Assembly: GCF_006345805.1 (NCBI RefSeq) | Contig: NC_043009.1 | Span: 27,776,001-27,840,000 of the forward strand | Direction of reading: 5' to 3' | Length of the DNA: 64,000 bases | From: Octopus sinensis | Taxonomy: Eukaryota | Shown: in pieces, positions 27,350 through 40,060 of the stretch | How positions within the stretch are numbered: the stretch's first letter is position 1 | Layout: each line of letters opens with the position of its first letter | Position numbers and translations under genes: made by a program | The notes under the pieces: model-generated | Told to the model about the DNA's origin: nothing | Database searches by the model: none | What the model saw: the letters and a program-made list of their open reading frames with translations, nothing else

Positions 27350-27525
27350 TAGGGAGAGTTTACAAAAAAAAACAAAAGACGAAGACAGGTGGTGTACAAA
27401 ACAAACAGATGTATTAGTATAACGCTCAGGAATAGAAAAAGTCTTTTACATTTTGAGCCTATGCTCTTCTACAGAAAGCGACACAGAAAAAACAAGGAGA
27501 GAAAATAAATGTGTGTAGTGGCTAA
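27350..27525 (-). mobile_element. (TA)n-anchored family H element with minimal hammerhead-like motif
   Basis: Minus 27478-27443 reads CTTT-CTGTAGA-A-GAGC-ATAG-GCTC-AAAAT-GTA-AAAG, with a perfect 4-bp stem I and 4-bp stem II. Flanked by (TA)n on both sides; homologous to 54260-54430 and 18005-18060. Confidence 0.75.
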
Positions 27526-27542
27526 TGATCTATCATGGTGAC

Positions 27543-27588
<46 letters not shown>

Positions 27589-27634
27589 GTATGTGTATGC
27601 ATATGTATGTAAGCATATATGCATGTATTGTAAA

Positions 27635-27827
27635 GACAATGAACAAAACTAAAAAGAAAAAATCCAACAGAGGAAGGACAAGTTTTAATAAATATTGGAT
27701 TGTTTAGTGCTTGAAAAAAAAAGAATTGAAAGTGCCTCAATGATTCGGACACTTGTCTTTCATCAGAAGAAAACATTCAACGAAAAATGCAAAGTGCAAA
27801 AAACGAAGAGCTGTTGAGAAGAGAGAA

Positions 27828-27830
<3 letters not shown>
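27635..27830 (-). mobile_element. Third short purine-rich element with hammerhead-like motif
   Basis: Minus 27770-27735 reads TCTT-CTGATGA-AA-GAC-AAGT-GTC-C-GAATC-ATT-GAGG. CUGAUGA is canonical; the rest is degenerate. Confidence 0.5.
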
Positions 27831-27864
<34 letters not shown>

Positions 27865-28119
27865 AGTGGCAGGAGGAAATATGTATGTATTTATACATAT
27901 GTGACAAACTTTCACACAGTTTCTATTGGCCAAATTCACTGGGGCAGCAATAGTTGACCTGGAGCTAGACTAGAAGTCACTAGCACACAGTGGGATTGAA
28001 TCCAAAACCATGTGGTTGTGAAACAAGACTGATCTGTAAAACACACACACACACATGTGTATGTATGTATATATATGTATATGAATATATACATATATAT
28101 GCATGTATGCATAAATATA

Positions 28120-28425
28120 TAAAAGAGCATCATTTGAGCATAGTCGGTGCCAGTGTTGCCTGACTGGTTCCCATGCCAGTGGCACATAAAATGCACCATT
28201 TGAGCATGATTGATGCCAGTGCTGCCTGACTGGCTTCTGTGCTGGTGGCACATAAAAAATCACCCACTACATTCTCAGAGTGGTTGGTATTGGGAAGAGC
28301 ATCCAGCTGTAGAAACTTTGCCAGATCAGACTGGAGCCTGGTGCAGCCTCCTGGCTTGCCAGTCCTCAGTGAAACCGTCTAACCCATGTCAGCAAGGAAA
28401 GTGGACGTTAAACGATGAGGATGAT
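28120..28425 (+). mobile_element. SINE family C
   Basis: Internal GCCAGTG(T/C)TGCCTGACTGG repeats, GGAAGAGCATCCAGCTGTAGAAAC, tail GGAAAGTGGACGTTAAACGATGAGGATGAT. Confidence 0.9.
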
Positions 28426-28516
28426 AATGTGTATGTATATATGTATATATATGTATGTATGTATATGTATGTATATATGTATATATATATGTATATATAT
28501 GTATGTATATGTATGG

Positions 28517-28578
<62 letters not shown>

Positions 28579-29166
28579 ATATATAAGCATTTATATGTTT
28601 GTATGTAAATATACATGCATATAAAATGTATGTAGGACACTCATATCACTGCATATATTCATGTTTGCCATTAATCAAGGCATTGTTAGTCAAGTTAATT
28701 AATTAGATTTGAGTTCAGCCCTAGTTCACAAGAGATACAATGCCATATGACTGACTGGCAGAAAACCAGTTCTGGAAAATAATCATTGGTTCTTTGATAA
28801 CCAATTCTTGAAGGCTGCAAGTCAACGTTCTTGGAATTTGCGCTTTATCTGTAGATTTTTAACAAAAAATTAAAAAGGTATTAGTTTCTGTGATGAGTCA
28901 AAATTAAATTGAAATTGGTTCAATGTGGGTCTGGAAAGGTAATTTAGATCTAGGTACAGTTGTCATGGTTCCCATCTGGTCCATTGGTGTACACAGACAC
29001 AGAGACACACACACACATTCTAGTAGACACACATACATGCTAATATCCGAGTCTATATCTCTTCATTTATCTATATTGGTTGGTTCTTCTGCGTTGAACT
29101 TACATTAGGTTTGCTCTGTGTTTATGTGTCCCAGTATATGCATGTGTGTGTGAGTGTGTATTTGTG

Positions 29167-29201
<35 letters not shown>

Positions 29202-29835
29202 TTATGTGTAGATATATTGATCCTTTTTTCTAAGAATATTCTGTAATTTTTATTTTGTTTGTTATTCTTTGTCCTCATCATCATCAACATCATCATCATC
29301 TTCTTCTTCTTCGCTTTCCTCTTCTTCCCCTCCCCTCCCTCTCCCCCTCCTCAAAGTATTGCCATGAATGATTGCCAAAATGATTTGTCATCACAGCCAC
29401 AAAATATGGAGGCCAAGTCAACTATCTGCGTATCAGTGGCATTGATAAGAAAATAAACAACAACAACAACTCTGGCCAATTTACTGCCAATACTTTGGTG
29501 CTTCCATCGGCACTACTTCAAAAAAGCGTGTCTAACAATGTTTTGGTGCACTTGTGCTACATTGCTTTCTTAGTCCTTGTCACAACATTCAAACAGGTGA
29601 GTTGCAACATCCGAGATCTGAATATCAGACAAACCATCACAAGCAACAAGATGCCTGGGGCAGACAGAAAACAGAACAACTAGTTTGGACATTTGCCAAC
29701 ACCACAGTCCAATATGGTGAGATCCAAGATCACCAAATGCCAACACTCACACGAAATTGTTTGATTAATTTTATAGATATATTTTCTTACTAAGGTGGGT
29801 TATTTTTTATCTTTTAGCCAGGTAAAATAATTTTC

Positions 29836-30062
29836 GGTGAGATGGCAGAATCGTTAGCACAGCGGGTGAAATGCTTAGCGGTATTTCGCCTGCCACTACG
29901 TTCTGTGTTCAAATTCCGCCGAGGTCAACTTTGCCTTTCATCCTTTCGGGGTTGATAAATTAAACACCAGTTATGCACTGGGGTCGATATAGTCGACTTA
30001 ATCCGTTTGTCCGTCCTTGTTTGTCCCCTCTGTGTGTAGCCCCTTGTGGGTAGTAAAGAAAT
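29836..30062 (+). mobile_element. Young SINE family B variant with alternative 3' tail and TSD
   Basis: CpG-rich head and GAGGTCAACTTTGCCTTTCATCCTTTCGGGG. Perfect 16-bp TSD AGGTAAAATAATTTTC (29820-29835 and 30063-30078). Confidence 0.93.
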
Positions 30063-30217
30063 AGGTAAAATAATTTTCATGTGAAAGTCCATATACAAAT
30101 TATTTGTTTGCTAGAATATTTTAAAGCAGGTTTTTTTTACTTTTTTGTTGCTTTTGGTTTCTTTAATTTGTTTTATTTATTTATTGATTGATGCTTGTTT
30201 TTTTGCACTAAACATTG

Positions 30218-30370
30218 TAGGTGCAAGTATGGCTGAATGGTACTGAACTTTGCTTCTCAACTATATGATTCTAGGTTCAGTTCTGCTGTGTAGCACCTTA
30301 GGAAAGTGTCTTCTACTATAGCCTAGAGTCGGCCAAAGCCTTGTGAGTGGATTTGGAAACTAAAAGAAGC
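30218..30370 (+). mobile_element. SINE family A, 5' half
   Basis: GGTTCAGTTC, CACCTTAGGAAAGTGTCTTCTACTATAGCC, CCAAAGCCTTGTGAGTGGATTTGG. Confidence 0.85.
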
Positions 30371-30384
30371 CCATTACATGGTAA

Positions 30385-30895
30385 ACAGGTCACAGTTTCA
30401 GAGCAATGAAAATATTTTGACAAATTGAATTTAAATATTGAAGTGAATTTAACAGTTTTGTAGTAAAGATTGCTTGCCAACATAACATAGCAGCCCTGAT
30501 TTAGGACGAATGTTGCTGTAATTTAGCCCCAGGAGACATTGTCTCCAGCTAGCTATACATTCAGTTTTGAGCTGAGTGGGGGTGCTAGATTGCCTTGTTA
30601 GAAAATATAAGGATACATATCGTGTTGTATAACCAGTGGGAGATGATGTCTTTTGGTGCTAGATTACAGCAACATTAGTCAACCATGATGTGAAAATTAT
30701 GGATCATAAATGTTTCAGAATAGAATAGTCTTGGTTCAGAAGATTATCTCTAAAATAATAACATCGTTGTGATGCAAGTGCCTGATATTCCCTTATCAGA
30801 CAAAAAGTCATTATGGGTATAATGGGATTCGTATATTTGTACCCCAGCATCACTTTGATGGCATGCATTGCTCTCTCACTCAATAATAGGGACAG
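30385..30895. mobile_element. Family F repeat with internal inverted arms
   Basis: AATGTTGCTGTAATTTAGCCCCA (~30510-30532) is inverted at TGGTGCTAGATTACAGCAACATT (~30655-30677). Hairpin GGAGAC-ATT-GTCTCC at 30532-30546. Homologous to 51846-52210. Confidence 0.7.
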
Positions 30896-31039
30896 TAAAG
30901 ATTATTAGGAGGGTTCTAAGCACTTGAAAGACTTGTTAGGAATGGCAAAGATTATTCAAAAGTTCTTGGATGATTGAGTCATCCAAGAGTAAATCCACTT
31001 AATTTCCATCACAGGGATGAGATACAAAAAAAATTTTGA

Positions 31040-31074
<35 letters not shown>

Positions 31075-31081
<7 letters not shown>

Positions 31082-31297
31082 CCTTTCTATTATAGGCACA
31101 AGGCCTGAAACTTTTGGGGAGTGGGGCCAGTGGATTAGATTGACCCCAGTACATAACTGGTACTTAATTTATCGACACGGAAAGGATGAAAGGCAAAGTA
31201 GACCTCGGCAGAATTTGAACTCAGAACATATGGACAGACAAAATGCTGCTAAATATTTTGCCCAAAGTGCTAATGATTCTGCCAGCTCACCATCTTA
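31075..31297 (-). mobile_element. SINE family B
   Basis: AAAGGATGAAAGGCAAAGTAGACCTCGGCAGAATTTGAACTCAGAA and ATTCTGCCAGCTCACC on the plus strand (reverse complement of the head and central domain). Confidence 0.9.
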
Positions 31298-31615
31298 ATA
31301 ATAATAATAATAATGATAATAATAATAATAATAACAACAACAACAACAACAACAACAATAGTCATCAAACATCAACATTTACTGCTTATTTTGTTTATTT
31401 TTCATCTCTATGATTACAGCTGTATATGCTACCATAGTTTGTTTTAGCATTATGCTGTTAAGCTTTGTATTTCTTCTTTGCAAACATGCATTTTATTTAA
31501 ATGTTACACATTTGTGCTTCCATACTTCAGTTAACATATCTGATGCATTATATCTTTGTGTGTACACTCGTATCTGTATGTATGCATGTAAATATAATTA
31601 CATATAAATGTATGC

Positions 31616-31714
<99 letters not shown>

Positions 31715-31784
31715 GTAAGTATATTTGCATATATGTTCACATGTACGGATATGTGTATATGCATATATGTGTGAGTGTGTGTAT

Positions 31785-31903
<119 letters not shown>

Positions 31904-32420
31904 ATATTATATTATATATATATATACACATATGTTTTTGCTGTTACAGTATAAGATTGTTTTATTTGAGATAAAGATTTCTGTTTCTTTATGTCATACT
32001 TTTTTTTTGTCTTTTGTAACCCCTGCTCACTTCTACCACATGCTGCGGGAAGTTGTTAATGGCAAATGCCCAGTTTATTTATTGAAAAATAAATAGAAAC
32101 AAACCACTATGACTGTTGCTCCAAGCTACCTTCACTACATTAAAATAACCACAACAACAACAAGAACAACAACAGCAATGATAAAGTGTGTAACACGCTG
32201 TTCTATAAACAAACATTGGGTTCACACAAGTCTGCTTTACACTGGAACAATAAAAACTAAAATAAGATATAGATATGTGTGTGCAAGTCTAACTAATCAA
32301 TGCTGATTGATTGGAATATTTTTCTTCTTGTATATAGCAAATCTACATGCAATGCACACATACACACACAAACACAACACACACATGTATACATATATAC
32401 ATGCACATGTACACACATAA

Positions 32421-32456
<36 letters not shown>

Positions 32457-32968
32457 GAATATATATATGAATGTAGATATATACATGTATATACATATAT
32501 ATGTATGTGTGTATATATATGTGTGTGTATATATGTGTATATATATTTATATATGTATATATATATATGTATGTATGTATATATGTATGCATGTATGTAT
32601 GTATGTATGTATGTATGAATGCATATGTATACATATATGTGTGTATATAAGTGCATGTATATATGTGTGTGTGTATATGTGCTTATATGTGTGTGTGTGT
32701 CTATATGTGTATATATATATATGTGTATGTATGAATGTTTATGTATACATATATGTGTGTGTATATAAGTGAATATATATATATATGTATGTGTGTATAT
32801 ATGTGCATATATTTATGTATGTGTGGAAGTATGTATGTGTGTGTTTGTGCATGTGTGTTTATGAGTGAGTCTGTGTGCATGTATAAGCCTGTATATATGC
32901 ATATGTACTTAATGCACGTGCATATATGCATTTTATATCTATATTTTTCTCTTCTCTCTCTCTCTCTC

Positions 32969-33025
<57 letters not shown>

Positions 33026-33855
33026 CATATATATTTCTGTGTGAGTGATTCTGGGCATATGTGTATCTGTATAATCTATATATACTTATGCATGCATATA
33101 TAATATTATATATATATAATCTATATATATATATATATATGTCTTCCTTTATCAACATACATTGTGTGGGCAAGTGTGTTGTTGTGTGGGGTTGTTGTGT
33201 TGTGTGTGGTGTGTATGCATGTGTGTGTGGTGTTTGTGTGTATGTGTGTGTTTGTGTGTGAGTGTTAGAAAAGTTGTGAAGAATAAATAAAATATATATC
33301 TGGAACATTTTTGCTGATTCTTTTTATCCTACTCTTTGTCTTGAACAGATTTCATTGCAAGAACAACAGCTTTTTTTTATGTTTCACTTTTTAATGCCAA
33401 AATCAAAAAGAAAGAATAGAAAAGAAAAAGAAAGCATACCTCAGTATGTTACTTATATTTCTTTCTTTTTAAAAAATTTCAATTTGATATGCAAGATTTT
33501 AAAGCTCTTTCGTACATGTCTGGAGTAAGTAGACAATTCTGTTTTGTTGTACAGGTTGTGACACGTGTTTACCATTCTTTCTGCTATTATTGATCAGGCC
33601 AAACATTATATTAGGTATAAATGATTCTGTACAAAGTGATATTTGTTTTGATCTGTTGATTAGAATACCAGGTTTCCTTGGTTTCATATGTAAAATATGA
33701 GGATACCGTAGAAAACTTTGAAGCAAAGTATCCAACACTCGTTACTTGATACCCTCTGCAGATGAAGATGATGAGGTCTACGGGTATTAATAATGGGGGT
33801 ATGAAGGGTTATGACTTGGAATTAAACACTGGAAACTATTACCAAAATTTATAAA

Positions 33856-34072
33856 CTCCTTTCTACTCTAGGCACAAAGCCTGAAATTTTGTGGTGAAGG
33901 GGCCAGTTGATTACATCGACTCCAGTATGCAACTGGTACTTAATTTAGTGACTCCAAAAAGATGAAAGGCAAAGTCGACCTTGGCGAAATTTGAACTCAG
34001 AACATAGTGGCAGACAAAATACCACTAAGTATTTCACCTGGTATGCTAACGATTCTGCCAGCTTGCCGCCTT
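33856..34072 (-). mobile_element. SINE family B, full length with TSD
   Basis: Perfect 17-bp TSD TTACCAAAATTTATAAA (33839-33855 and 34075-34091). Confidence 0.92.
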
Positions 34073-35209
34073 TGTTACCAAAATTTATAAAGCTTACCTC
34101 TTTTATGCATGCCAACATCATCGTCAGCTTCATCGTCACCACTACCACCACCACCACTACCGTCATCATCACAATCATCATCCTTGTCCTTGTCAATGTC
34201 ATCATCATCATTATCATCATCATCATTTGAATGCATATTATGTAATGGTGCAGGTGTTTAGCTCATGATTGTTAGACCAGGTGTTTTGATTCTCAGACCA
34301 GGTGATGCATTTGTGTCTTGAGCAAGGTACTTCATTACACAATACTTGTAGTTAACCCTCGTTATGGACTGGTGCAAACCCGACACATATATATGGGAAG
34401 ATTTTTCATACTCACAGCTACTTTTATGCCACCAACTGTCAAATAATCTAGCCTAACATGAAACAATAAAAAGCACAACTGGTCCCAGCAGGGTTTGAAC
34501 TCAGAATGCAAAGAACAGTAACATATACAACAAGGTATTTTGGCCAATATTCTCACACTTCTGCCGATTCACAGTCCTCCCGTCATGTACTTAATGCTAT
34601 CAAAACCGAAGATGAACATCAAACGAGATCAATTAAAGGATGACCAAAACGTTAATACAGGCTTAGAGTAAATAATACACTTAGTGGCAGTATTATGGTC
34701 GTAAATGTTGTTATTGCTTTATTATTGTCCTCGTTCTTATATAATCAGTATTAAATTGTCATGGCTGTTGCTGTCAGTAGAAGCATTGCTTAGCTTTAGT
34801 GATATCAATGTCCAAACTATTATCTTTTAATTATCTCAACTGTCTTAATTATAACTAGGCTGACAACACACACACATGTATGTGTACATGAGTGTGTGCA
34901 AGAATGTATCCGTTTATATATGTATGTATATGCAGGATGTTCCATAGTTATGGGATAAATTTGAAATACAGTATATTTAAAGTGGAGTAGGTACATGCAG
35001 TCTTCTAAATTACTAATAAAATATATCCCCTCATTATATATATATGTAGGTATATAAATAGTTGCAGCCAGTTTTCCTAAATTAAAGGATGTAACCATTT
35101 TTGTATACTTCTACCAAAAAATACTGGGAAAAGTGCCTAGTATTTCTCAAGGAAGTTCCCAAGGGTTGTTAATCAAACTAGTGGCCTAATGTTCGAATAC
35201 TTATGCCTA

Positions 35210-35438
35210 TACAAAGGAGTGCTGTAAATTTCCTGGCTTTAAAGGTGTCGCAAAAGGCCTAGTTGGAAACCCAAACTTCCAAGTTCTTTTCCAGGACTTA
35301 GAAAAACTGAAGGACTGCTACAATAAGTGTATGGGATCTAAGAGGGAAATATGTTGAATAAAATAGTAATTAACTGATCCTTCTGCATTTTCTTTTACCT
35401 TTAGGTAACAGCCTGGAGACTTTCAGCATCCCCTCATA
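35210..35438 (+). mobile_element. Internally deleted mariner (Tc1/mariner) element
   Basis: TA at 35208-35209 then TACAAAGGAGTGCTGTAAATTTCCTGGCT; the right end AGCCTGGAGACTTTCAGCATCCCCTCATA is its imperfect inverse. Retains the transposase C-terminus GLEKLKDCYNKC--LRGKYVE* (with frameshift; cf. GI-KL--RW-KCI---GDYVE). Confidence 0.82.
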
Positions 35439-36049
35439 TGTATGTATGTGTATCTGGTACATTTAGCATATTTGGATCCCATTGACCAGTCTTCTCCATG
35501 GTTCCCTGGCATCAAGCTACTGCTACAAACCCAATTCCTAAGGGCCAACCATGCTTTTATAAAACTTTTGGAATTATATTTCTATTTAAGTGAAAACTGA
35601 AAATTCTTTTCATTTTGATAGAAATAAATTCATATTAAATGAGACACAAACTTTTTGGGTTTTCTACTTCAAATATTTCCATTTCCAAAATTTAATATTC
35701 TAAGTTGGGTAACACCGAGAGAAAGGTATACAAACAATGAATTGCAGAGACTGATGGGAATAGAGCTAGTGATGGATTTTTCCAAGAGAAAGGGGAGGAA
35801 ATAGCTGGGTCATGTGCTGAGAAAAGATGAAAGGGAAAGGGTGAGAAGAATGAAGGAAATGAATGCAAAGTGAACAAGAGGAAGAACAGTGACAAAAAAG
35901 CCATGATTAAGAAGAAACAGGGGCAAATGAAGTTGGGGTGGAGAGGACATAGGGGATAGGGGAAATGAAGAAGATTTTCATGAGGGTTGTTACAAAAACC
36001 TCTACTTTAGCAGGGAATACTAACCTTAAAATGTTTGTTGTATGTTTAT

Positions 36050-36245
36050 TCTTTTATTCTTTTACTTGTTTCAGTCATTTGACTGTGGCCATGCTGGAGC
36101 ACCACCTTTAGTCGAGCAAATTGGCTTACAATTCTTTGTAAGCCTAGTATTTATTTTATCGGTCTCTTTTGCTGAACCTCTAAGTGATAGGGACGTAAAC
36201 TCACCAGCATCGATTGTCAAGTTATGTTGGGGGGACAATCACAGA
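36050..36245 (-). mobile_element. SINE family A, 3' half
   Basis: TTTACTTGTTTCAGTCATTTGACTGTGGCCATGCTGGAGCACCACCTTTAGTCGAGCAAAT. Confidence 0.9.
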
Positions 36246-38247
36246 CACACATTAACATGGAATTTTAATGGAAGCTTTTAATTTAGATCCCTTTAATAAA
36301 AGGAGTTTCTATCATGGGACTAGCAGTGGTCCCAGACGGGTTAAACAGGTTCAGAGACTTAAATGTAAATCTCATATCAAACAGGATATAAAGACATTCA
36401 TTCTTTTCCCAAAGAAATTATCAGCTGAATGTTGCTAGTGAAACTGAGATGCAGACGTGTTTCTTTGGAGTGTCGGCATCTTACTGCATATCTCCGAGTA
36501 GAAATTATTTTAAAAATATAACAAGGAACTTCTGAAAGAAATCTTTTAATTTTCGTTGCTGATATTTTCAGTTGCTATAAATGATAAGTGATAATTAGAT
36601 GTTGAATTCATTGCTTAAAGGTCAAGAGTTCAGAAGAAGTCATTAAATCTACTCTCCTTAATATTTTTCATGACCAAACTTGAGAAAATTGGTATTTATA
36701 AAATCCCAGCTTCTTCAGCACGTGAATATACTTTAAATAGAGAAATAAAAAGACAACAAAAAACACCAAGGCGACAGAAAAATTTTAAATAAAACATGTG
36801 AGACAATATATTAATTTAATATGTCTATGATGTTGTTTCACAAGATTAAGATATTTTTTTCTTTAAGACAGGATGCTTAAAGAATGGGATCAGCATTAAA
36901 ACTTCTATTTTATATTTCTAAGAAACATTTAATATCAATAGATTTATAAATGCTCAGTGATAGAAAATGTTAACAGTAGCAGATCAATAATTGTCAAATG
37001 ACCAAACAGCTGGCAGTTTTTCGAATGCAACACAGTTGCATTACAACAGACAATAGACATGTCAGAGAGCGGCTATGTCTCACTCTTCAATAAAACTTTT
37101 ATGGTATTTTGGAATTATAATACCATTTCGAGTATTTAAGCAATAAATGCTGAGATCCTTAAACTGTAACTTTCATTTTTATAATCTTGAAATGCTTCAA
37201 GGTTTCTTTATAATTCAATACGGTGAGAGATAAACAGCTTAGAATGAAAAGAATACAGAATTATTAGCTTCCTAAACATTCAATAAGTACTTTTAATACA
37301 TAAGAAGAATTAGATTTCCAGTGGTTCTATTTTGAAACAACAGGTGTTTGCTCTCTGCATGGGAAAAATAAAATTAAAGAATAAATAGTAAAAAAAAAAA
37401 TATACTATTGTTTGGAAATTAGTTATTTCTTATAACCTATCACAATAAATAACTGAAAAAAAAAGAAAGAAATATTGATACTATTTTCAAAATGAAGGTA
37501 AAGATAAATCAAATTTAAAAAAAATGAAAATAGCTATTTTGAAAATTTAGAATTTGCTTCTTCATCTTACAAGCAGGTGTAATAAAATGTGTTGAAAAAT
37601 GAAGTTAAGATTGTAATTTACTTAATTTCTTATTAATTTTTTTTGTAAGCACATTTATTTATTTATTTGTTTGTTTATGTGAGTATTGTTTTAACCTTGA
37701 AGCCTCAATAATACACACCAAAACTGGTGCTTCCGTTATATTCTCAAAGGTTTTCAAAAGGCGTTTTTGAAAATTTAATGATTCTATAGCGTACAAAATA
37801 TTAAAAAAAAGAACGAAGATTTTGGAATGTATTTATAATGTGCTAAATTAAGCAAATTTTCTCAGAAATTTCTTTGAAGCAAAAGAATAAAAATATATAT
37901 GGAGAAAAGAAGAATATTTCTTGAACTATGGGTTGCTACTATCTATAAAAGAAATTTCAGAAACATAGAAAATGAAAAAGAAAAAGAAATGAATGTAAAA
38001 AGTTGGTTTTTAAGATAAATGCAAAAACAGTGAAAGAGTTCTTTGTTAGGTGAGATAACTTTATGAAAATTAAATTTTCCATCTTGCAGGTATGTCTCTA
38101 TTGATTGAAGTGAAGATTCTTTCTTATTTTTGGAGTCGAAATCCAGAAACATGAAAACAATAATGTGAGTGTGTGTGTGTGCGTGTGTGTGTGTGAACAT
38201 GCAAGTTTCAGGATATGATATTTCCATTATATGAATGCACGCATGTG

Positions 38248-38330
<83 letters not shown>

Positions 38331-38624
38331 GCATACACTTGTATTTCCTTGCTAACAAACAGAAAGGTAGAAAAATTGTTTCTAACATAAGTATAAGGAC
38401 AGAAATTTGATGAGAGGGAGTTAGTTGATTACAATTGCCAACCTTACCCATTATATGACTGGTACTTTAATTTTTGCTTTAACATCTTCAGAAGAATTGT
38501 AATTCAAATTCAGAACAAAAAGAGCTGGAAAATACTACAAGGTAATTGGTTCTAATGAGTCTGCCACTTCATATAATAGAAGATAACAATAGTTAGTAAT
38601 AAATATGAATATATATGTGTGTGT

Positions 38625-38985
38625 GGAGGTGCAATGGCCCAGTGGTTAAGGCAGCAGACTCATGGCTGTAACATCACAGTTTCAATTCACAGACTGATCA
38701 TTGTGAGTGTTTATTGACTGTAAACACCTAGAGCTCCACAAGGTTCCGGCAGGTGGTGGTGGCAAACCCAGCTGTACTCTTTCGCCACAACTTATTCTCA
38801 CTCTTTCTTCCTGTTTCTGTTGAACCTGTATTTCGAAGGGCCAGCCCTGTCACACCCAAGTACTATGTTAAGGGTTCACATGCCTGTGGAGTGCTCAGCC
38901 ACTTGCATATTAATTTCTTGAGCAGTTTGTTCTGTTGATCGGATAAACTGGAACCCTCATCATTGTACCGACAGAATGTGCCACG
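38625..38985 (+). mobile_element. tRNA-derived SINE family D, full length
   Basis: GGAGGTGCAATGGCCCAGTGGTTAAGG (A box), degenerate GTTTCAATTC (B box), body GTGGAGTGCTCAGCCACTTGC, followed by (TA)n and three copies of a 32-bp unit. Confidence 0.8.
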
Positions 38986-39016
<31 letters not shown>

Positions 39017-39799
39017 TATATATCAGTCTTTGTTGTATATATATATATGAATATATATCAATCTTTGTTGTATATATATATATGAATATATATCAGTCTT
39101 AATTGTAATTCCCACATTTTCTATGCTTGCATGAGCCAGACAGCATTTATTGAAGCAGTTTTCCCATAGCCGAATGCTCTTCCTACTGCCAATTCTCAGT
39201 TGTCTTCAAGTAAGGTATTATTTCTGCATAACTAGTCACATTTCCATGGAAAACTGGAAATGAATGACACTGTTTGTATGATAGCAATACTAGTTCATGT
39301 GTATCACATGATGTCAAGAGCCAGGCATGCACGCACCCTCCACACACGCACACACACACATGTATACAATGGAATTCTTTCAGTTTCCATCAATCAAATT
39401 CACTCATGAGGCAGTGGTCAGCTTAGGGCTATTGTAGAAGACATTTGGTCAAGGTGTCATGCAGTGGGATGGAACCTGAAATCAAGTGGCTGGAAAAGCA
39501 AATGTCTTAATCATACGGCTAAACCTGTAACTTTTTTTTTGTTCAAAAACTGACTTATTATACATTTGAAAATCTCCCCATATTCTGTTATACAATGTTG
39601 CATTTTATGGCAAAATTCCTCAATTCCATTCTAATATGATGTAAAACGATGTGATTTTCAAGGAGTGATACTTTTTCAGTTACCAACAGTTTCAGGTTCT
39701 TCAACAAATAACCTGTCCCACATATTTTTCAAATGTCTTTTGTCTTTCACTTGTTTCAGTCATTAGACTGCAGCCATGCTGGGGCACCACATGGAGAAA

Positions 39800-40060
39800 A
39801 AAAGTTGCCAGCCAGCAGCCATGGAGAATTGAGCTCTGCACCTCTCAGGTACTGGTTGAATGGCTTGCGCTATTAAGCTAAATGATTCCTGGTAACAATT
39901 ACTGTCAATTTTAATGCTAAGAAATAGGTTTTTGGAATGTGGGAACATTTCATAGACAAACTTTAGAAGTGATGAATGTGCAGACAAGAAAGTAAATTTC
40001 AAATGCAGTCGTCAGCACCACTTGTGTCCATGTTTGGTTCATCTGGTACCTCCATGGTGC
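39800..40060 (+). mobile_element. Decayed RTE-clade LINE 5' end (start of APE endonuclease)
   Basis: L-R-(frameshift)-IGFWNVGTFHRQTLEVMNVQTRK* at ~39917-39995 (cf. LRIGTWNVGT/RT...R-K). Confidence 0.55.

Noticed and set aside
29495-29793. KQVSCNIRDLN as a LINE endonuclease start (cf. xxSWNIRGLN)
   Set aside because: Downstream residues do not give a convincing LQET/SETR motif; too weak to call without a search.
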